A DNA stretch of 64,000 nt from Bdellovibrionales bacterium. GTDB lineage: Bacteria; Bdellovibrionota; Bdellovibrionia; Bdellovibrionales; UBA1609. The position numbers were made by a program, and so were the translations under genes. Position 1 is the stretch's first letter. Every line of letters begins with the position of its first letter. Positions 60,640-64,000 of this stretch are shown here, one piece after another. The stretch covers positions 608,394 through 672,393 of the forward strand of contig CBDBIB010000003.1 of NCBI GenBank assembly GCA_965205945.1, read 5' to 3'. The notes under the pieces are model-generated. The model saw only the letters and a program-made list of their open reading frames with translations, was not told the origin of the DNA and searched no databases.

Positions 60640-61824
60640 ATGGCAGAGCAACTTGTTTTTAGCCCAACTAATGAGCATTCAATGTTAAGAGAGATGGTTA
60701 GAGATTTCACTCTAAAATCCGTAGAGCCTCAGGCTTTAGAGCATGACAGAAAGGAAAAGTTTAACTTAGATCTTTTAAAATCTACAGGAGAGCTTGGTTT
60801 GTTGGGGGTAGTTGTTTTAGAAGATTTTGGTGGTTCAGGAATGGATGCCACAGCCGCAGTAATTGTACATGAAGAGTTGTCTTATTCAGATCCAGGATTT
60901 TGTTTAGCATACTTAGCGCATTCTATACTTTTAGTGAATAATTTTTCAGTTAATGCAAGCAAAGAGCTTAAGGTGAAGTATCTTCCAGAAATGTGTGATG
61001 GAAGTTTTATAGGGGCCATGGCTATGTCAGAACCAGGTGTTGGAACTGATGTGTTAGGAATGATAACAAAAGCTGAGAAAAAAGGTGATAAATATATTTT
61101 AAATGGTCGTAAGATGTGGGTTACAAATGGGTGTTTAGATGATGATGGAACTCCAGCTGATGGTGTATTGGTTTATGCGATTACAGGAATGAAGCCTAAT
61201 GGGCGCCCGGAGTTGTCATTATTTTTTATTAAAAAAGAGTTTCAAGGGTTTTTAGTCGGGCAAAAAATCACTAATAAATTAGGTATGAGAGCTTCTAACA
61301 CAGCAGAACTTGTTTTTGAAAACTGTAAAGTTCCAGAAAATTATTTAATTGGTAAGGAAGGAAGCTCTTTAGTTCATATGATGAAAAATCTTGAAATTGA
61401 AAGATTAACATTAGCGGCAATGGGTTTAGGAATTGCGAAAAGATCTTTAGATGCAATGGTTAAGTATTCTTCTGAGCGTTATGCTTTTGGAAAATCAATT
61501 TCTAAATTTGGACAGATCCAAAGATACATCGCAGACAGCTATGCACAATATAAGGCGGCAAGAGCGTATGTTTATCAAACAGCTTTTGGTATGGGGCCTG
61601 AAGGAACTGGAGACCGTAAAGATTCTGATGGTGTAAAACTTGTTGCAACAACGATGGCAAAAAATGTTGCTGATAACGCCATTCAGGTTATGGGTGGCTA
61701 TGGTTATGTTGGAGAATATATAGTTGAGCGCTTGTGGAGAGATGCAAAACTTTTAGAAATTGGTGGGGGAACTCTTGAAGCGCATCAAAAAAATATTACT
61801 CAAGACCTTATGGCATCTTTGTGA
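60640..61824 (+). CDS. ivd: Acyl-CoA dehydrogenase, probably isovaleryl-CoA dehydrogenase
   Basis: AMSEPG.GTD, GRKMWVTNG, KLGMRASNTAEL, LEIER, GGYGY, RDAKLLEIGGGT; liuBCDE elsewhere in the window. Confidence 0.8.
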   Translation: MAEQLVFSPTNEHSMLREMVRDFTLKSVEPQALEHDRKEKFNLDLLKSTGELGLLGVVVLEDFGGSGMDATAAVIVHEELSYSDPGFCLAYLAHSILLVNNFSVNASKELKVKYLPEMCDGSFIGAMAMSEPGVGTDVLGMITKAEKKGDKYILNGRKMWVTNGCLDDDGTPADGVLVYAITGMKPNGRPELSLFFIKKEFQGFLVGQKITNKLGMRASNTAELVFENCKVPENYLIGKEGSSLVHMMKNLEIERLTLAAMGLGIAKRSLDAMVKYSSERYAFGKSISKFGQIQRYIADSYAQYKAARAYVYQTAFGMGPEGTGDRKDSDGVKLVATTMAKNVADNAIQVMGGYGYVGEYIVERLWRDAKLLEIGGGTLEAHQKNITQDLMASL

Positions 61825-61943
61825 AAAAATGAGTTTTTATGATGGTGCTAAATTGATTATATAGGTTAATTCTTGCAGGAATCTTCATATTTTTCATATT
61901 AAGGAGTCTTTTTTATTGCTTCAATAGTTAAGTCCAGGTATCC

Positions 61944-62903
61944 ATGTTGACTATGAAAGACAATCATTTTTTTGAAGGTCCAGAAAAAAAACTAGAGCTT
62001 ATTTTTAAAGTTGAAGTGGGTGATCTACTTAAAAAACCAAATATTTTTTGGTATGGCCTTATGGATTTAGTAAAGGCAAAGATTTTATCTTCCATTGAAT
62101 CTAAAACCTGTAAAGCATTTTTGCTTTCTGAATCCAGTCTTTTTGTCTGGAAAAATAGAATTATTTTAATTACATGTGGGACAACAAGACTTATAGCAGC
62201 TGTAAAGTATTTGATTTCTATGTTTGGAAAAGATTTATTAGAAGAAGTTTTTTATGAAAGAAAGAATGAGTACCGGCCGAGTCTTCAAAAATCATCTGCA
62301 TTAGATGATATGGCCTGTTTAAAAGATATTTTAGGTGGAAGTGTTCACAGGTTTGGTCGAAAAGATGACCATCATGTATATATTTTTAATAGTTGTTTTA
62401 GTGAGAATAAAAATAATGCAAAAGTAAATACTCTAGAATTACTTATGTACGGCCTTCAAGGAGAATTTAATCTTTTTTTTATGAGTGATCCAGTGGTTCA
62501 AGAAAAAGTATTAAATTCGTTTAAAAAAATTCTGCCTGAATTTACTTTTGATCCATACTTTTTTAAACCAGAGGGGTTTTCTTTTAACGCCTTAAATGGT
62601 GATCAATATGCAACAATGCATGTTACTCCTCAAGGCTCAGAAAACTACGTAAGCTTTGAACTTGATCATGTGGATATTCAAAAAGCTAATAAAATAGTGC
62701 AAAATCTTGTGCACCTTTGTAGGCCTACTTCATATGATATTATTTTGTTTTCTGCAGAAGAGGAGGGTGTAGGCATGCGCTTTAAGCAATATGAGATAAA
62801 ACAGATTTCTAAATCAGAAACAGAGTCCGGCTACAATATTTTATATAGTCATTTTTATGATAAACAAAGTGTTTATATTAAACCGTTTGTAATTCAAACT
62901 TAA
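61944..62903 (+). CDS. speD: S-adenosylmethionine decarboxylase proenzyme, eukaryote-like class 2
   Basis: FFEGPEKKLE, LLSE|SSLFV autocleavage site, TCGTT, HVTP..YVSFE; adjacent to speE. Confidence 0.88.
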   Translation: MLTMKDNHFFEGPEKKLELIFKVEVGDLLKKPNIFWYGLMDLVKAKILSSIESKTCKAFLLSESSLFVWKNRIILITCGTTRLIAAVKYLISMFGKDLLEEVFYERKNEYRPSLQKSSALDDMACLKDILGGSVHRFGRKDDHHVYIFNSCFSENKNNAKVNTLELLMYGLQGEFNLFFMSDPVVQEKVLNSFKKILPEFTFDPYFFKPEGFSFNALNGDQYATMHVTPQGSENYVSFELDHVDIQKANKIVQNLVHLCRPTSYDIILFSAEEEGVGMRFKQYEIKQISKSETESGYNILYSHFYDKQSVYIKPFVIQT

Positions 62904-62913
62904 GAAAAAAGAG

Positions 62914-63780
62914 ATGATCAATATGAAAGAAGGCATTGATATTTGGGTAAGTGAAAATTTTAATGATGTTTATAAGATGAACTATAAAGTTAAAGAGACT
63001 TTATATTCAAAAGAGAGTGATTTTCAAAAAATTGATGTGGTTTTAACAGAGCATTTAGGAAGAGTGTTATTTAATGATGGGCTTTTAATGACATCTGAAA
63101 GAGATGAGTTTGTTTATCATGAAATGATCGCTCATGTCCCAATGTCTTCTCACCCCTATCCTGAAACAGTTTTGATTATTGGTGGTGGAGATGGTGGTAC
63201 GGCCAGAGAAATTTTAAAATATGATTATGTTAAAAAAGTTGTAATGGTTGAAATTGATTCTTGTGTAGTTGAAGCCTGTAAGAAGCATATTAAAGTTACT
63301 TCATGCGAATTAGATAATCCAAGATTAGAGCTTATCATTGATGATGGTTTAAAATATGTGAAAGAAACAACTAAGAAATTTGATATAATCTTAGTAGATT
63401 CTACAGATCCTATTGGGCCAGCGGCACCTTTATTTGATGTGGCTTTTTATAGTGATGTTAAAAATTGTCTTACAGAAAAGGGTATTGTTGTTTCACAATG
63501 TGAAAATCCATTTTTAGCAATACACATGCAAAAAAAACTTTTAGGGATTAAGGCTAAGCTTTTTGATAAAATTGCTGTTTATAATTATTCAAACATTACA
63601 TATCCGGGAGGTTTATGGTCTTTTTCTTTTGCTTCAAAAACTCAAGATCCCATTTTAGATGCAAGACCTCTTCCTGACAGCATTGTTAAAGATTTAAAGT
63701 ATTATAATCAACAGTTGCATAAAGCAGCGTTTGTCTTGCCACAGTTTCAAAAAAATGAAGTAAAAGAGTACTTAAAGTGA
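62914..63780 (+). CDS. speE: Spermidine synthase
   Basis: S.FQKI, DEFVYHEM, VLIIGGGDGG, VEID, DSTDPIGPA. Confidence 0.95.
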   Translation: MINMKEGIDIWVSENFNDVYKMNYKVKETLYSKESDFQKIDVVLTEHLGRVLFNDGLLMTSERDEFVYHEMIAHVPMSSHPYPETVLIIGGGDGGTAREILKYDYVKKVVMVEIDSCVVEACKKHIKVTSCELDNPRLELIIDDGLKYVKETTKKFDIILVDSTDPIGPAAPLFDVAFYSDVKNCLTEKGIVVSQCENPFLAIHMQKKLLGIKAKLFDKIAVYNYSNITYPGGLWSFSFASKTQDPILDARPLPDSIVKDLKYYNQQLHKAAFVLPQFQKNEVKEYLK

Positions 63781-64000
63781 TAGAAATCGACTGGCGAACT
63801 AAAACAGTTTATAATAAAAAAAATGGATTTAAAGTTTTACCAGAGATTGTAATAAAGAGGTTAAATGAGTTTATAACAGATGAGAGAAAGGATAAGATTG
63901 AAAATATTTTATCTCAAAGAAGTTCTTACTTTATTCCTGTTTTAGAAAATGTTTGTGACAAAGGTAATATCAGTGCAGTAATGAGAAGTGCAGAAGCATT
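63777..64000 (+). CDS. TrmH/SpoU-family RNA methyltransferase (partial, runs off window)
   Basis: Open frame from GTG 63777 overlapping the speE stop; VLENVCDKGNISAVMRSAEA matches SPOUT motif 1; absent from the ORF track. Confidence 0.8.
   Translation, partial: MIEIDWRTKTVYNKKNGFKVLPEIVIKRLNEFITDERKDKIENILSQRSSYFIPVLENVCDKGNISAVMRSAEA

Noticed and set aside
4046..61636. Short ORF-track ORFs nested in or antisense to real genes (e.g. 4046-4228, 10172-10366, 22670-22966, 38291-38737, 51841-52131, 61451-61636)
   Set aside because: Overlap well-supported genes and have no motifs; treated as shadow ORFs
63865..63876. ATG with GAGG SD as the TrmH start
   Set aside because: Reads ATG AGT TTA TAA; the TrmH frame is a different one, open from GTG 63777
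1..64000. Complete DGR cassette (RT, template repeat, avd)
   Set aside because: No RT ORF and no second copy of the lectin 3' segment found by eye in this window

Overview
AT-rich bacterial chromosomal segment (roughly 30-33% GC by eye, with a strong G>C skew on the + strand). Gene content points to a Bdellovibrionota-like organism: type IV pilin with a PilG-like neighbour, PilT, an AgmX/PglI-type TonB-C protein, RNase Y together with RNase G/E, and the ftsY-zapA-ygfA-rny-tyrS order. Most of the window is housekeeping or catabolic: slt-oppABC, mutS2/lnt, secG, tmk-holB-tatD, deoC-pdp-punA, leucine catabolism (liu), pepN, htpX, clpS-clpA, dnaJ-dnaK, galU, iscA and speD-speE-trmH. The main accessory island (about 20.9-23.25 kb) holds a frameshift-split lipoprotein with a C-type-lectin (FGE/SUMF1) fold of the kind used as diversity-generating retroelement (DGR) targets. 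It lies between IS1595-family relics, one of which is a 495-bp internally deleted element with inverted repeats and a near-perfect 8-bp target duplication. No reverse transcriptase or template repeat was found in the window. Four sigma28-like promoters precede the S8 protease, the lectin lipoprotein, pilT and pilA, suggesting an attack-phase regulon. Other oddities are several candidate leaderless genes, no room for 6S RNA between zapA and ygfA, a eukaryote-type SAM decarboxylase, a variant FtsY G4 motif, and IS256 and ISAs1 debris. No CRISPR array, tRNA or rRNA was recognised.
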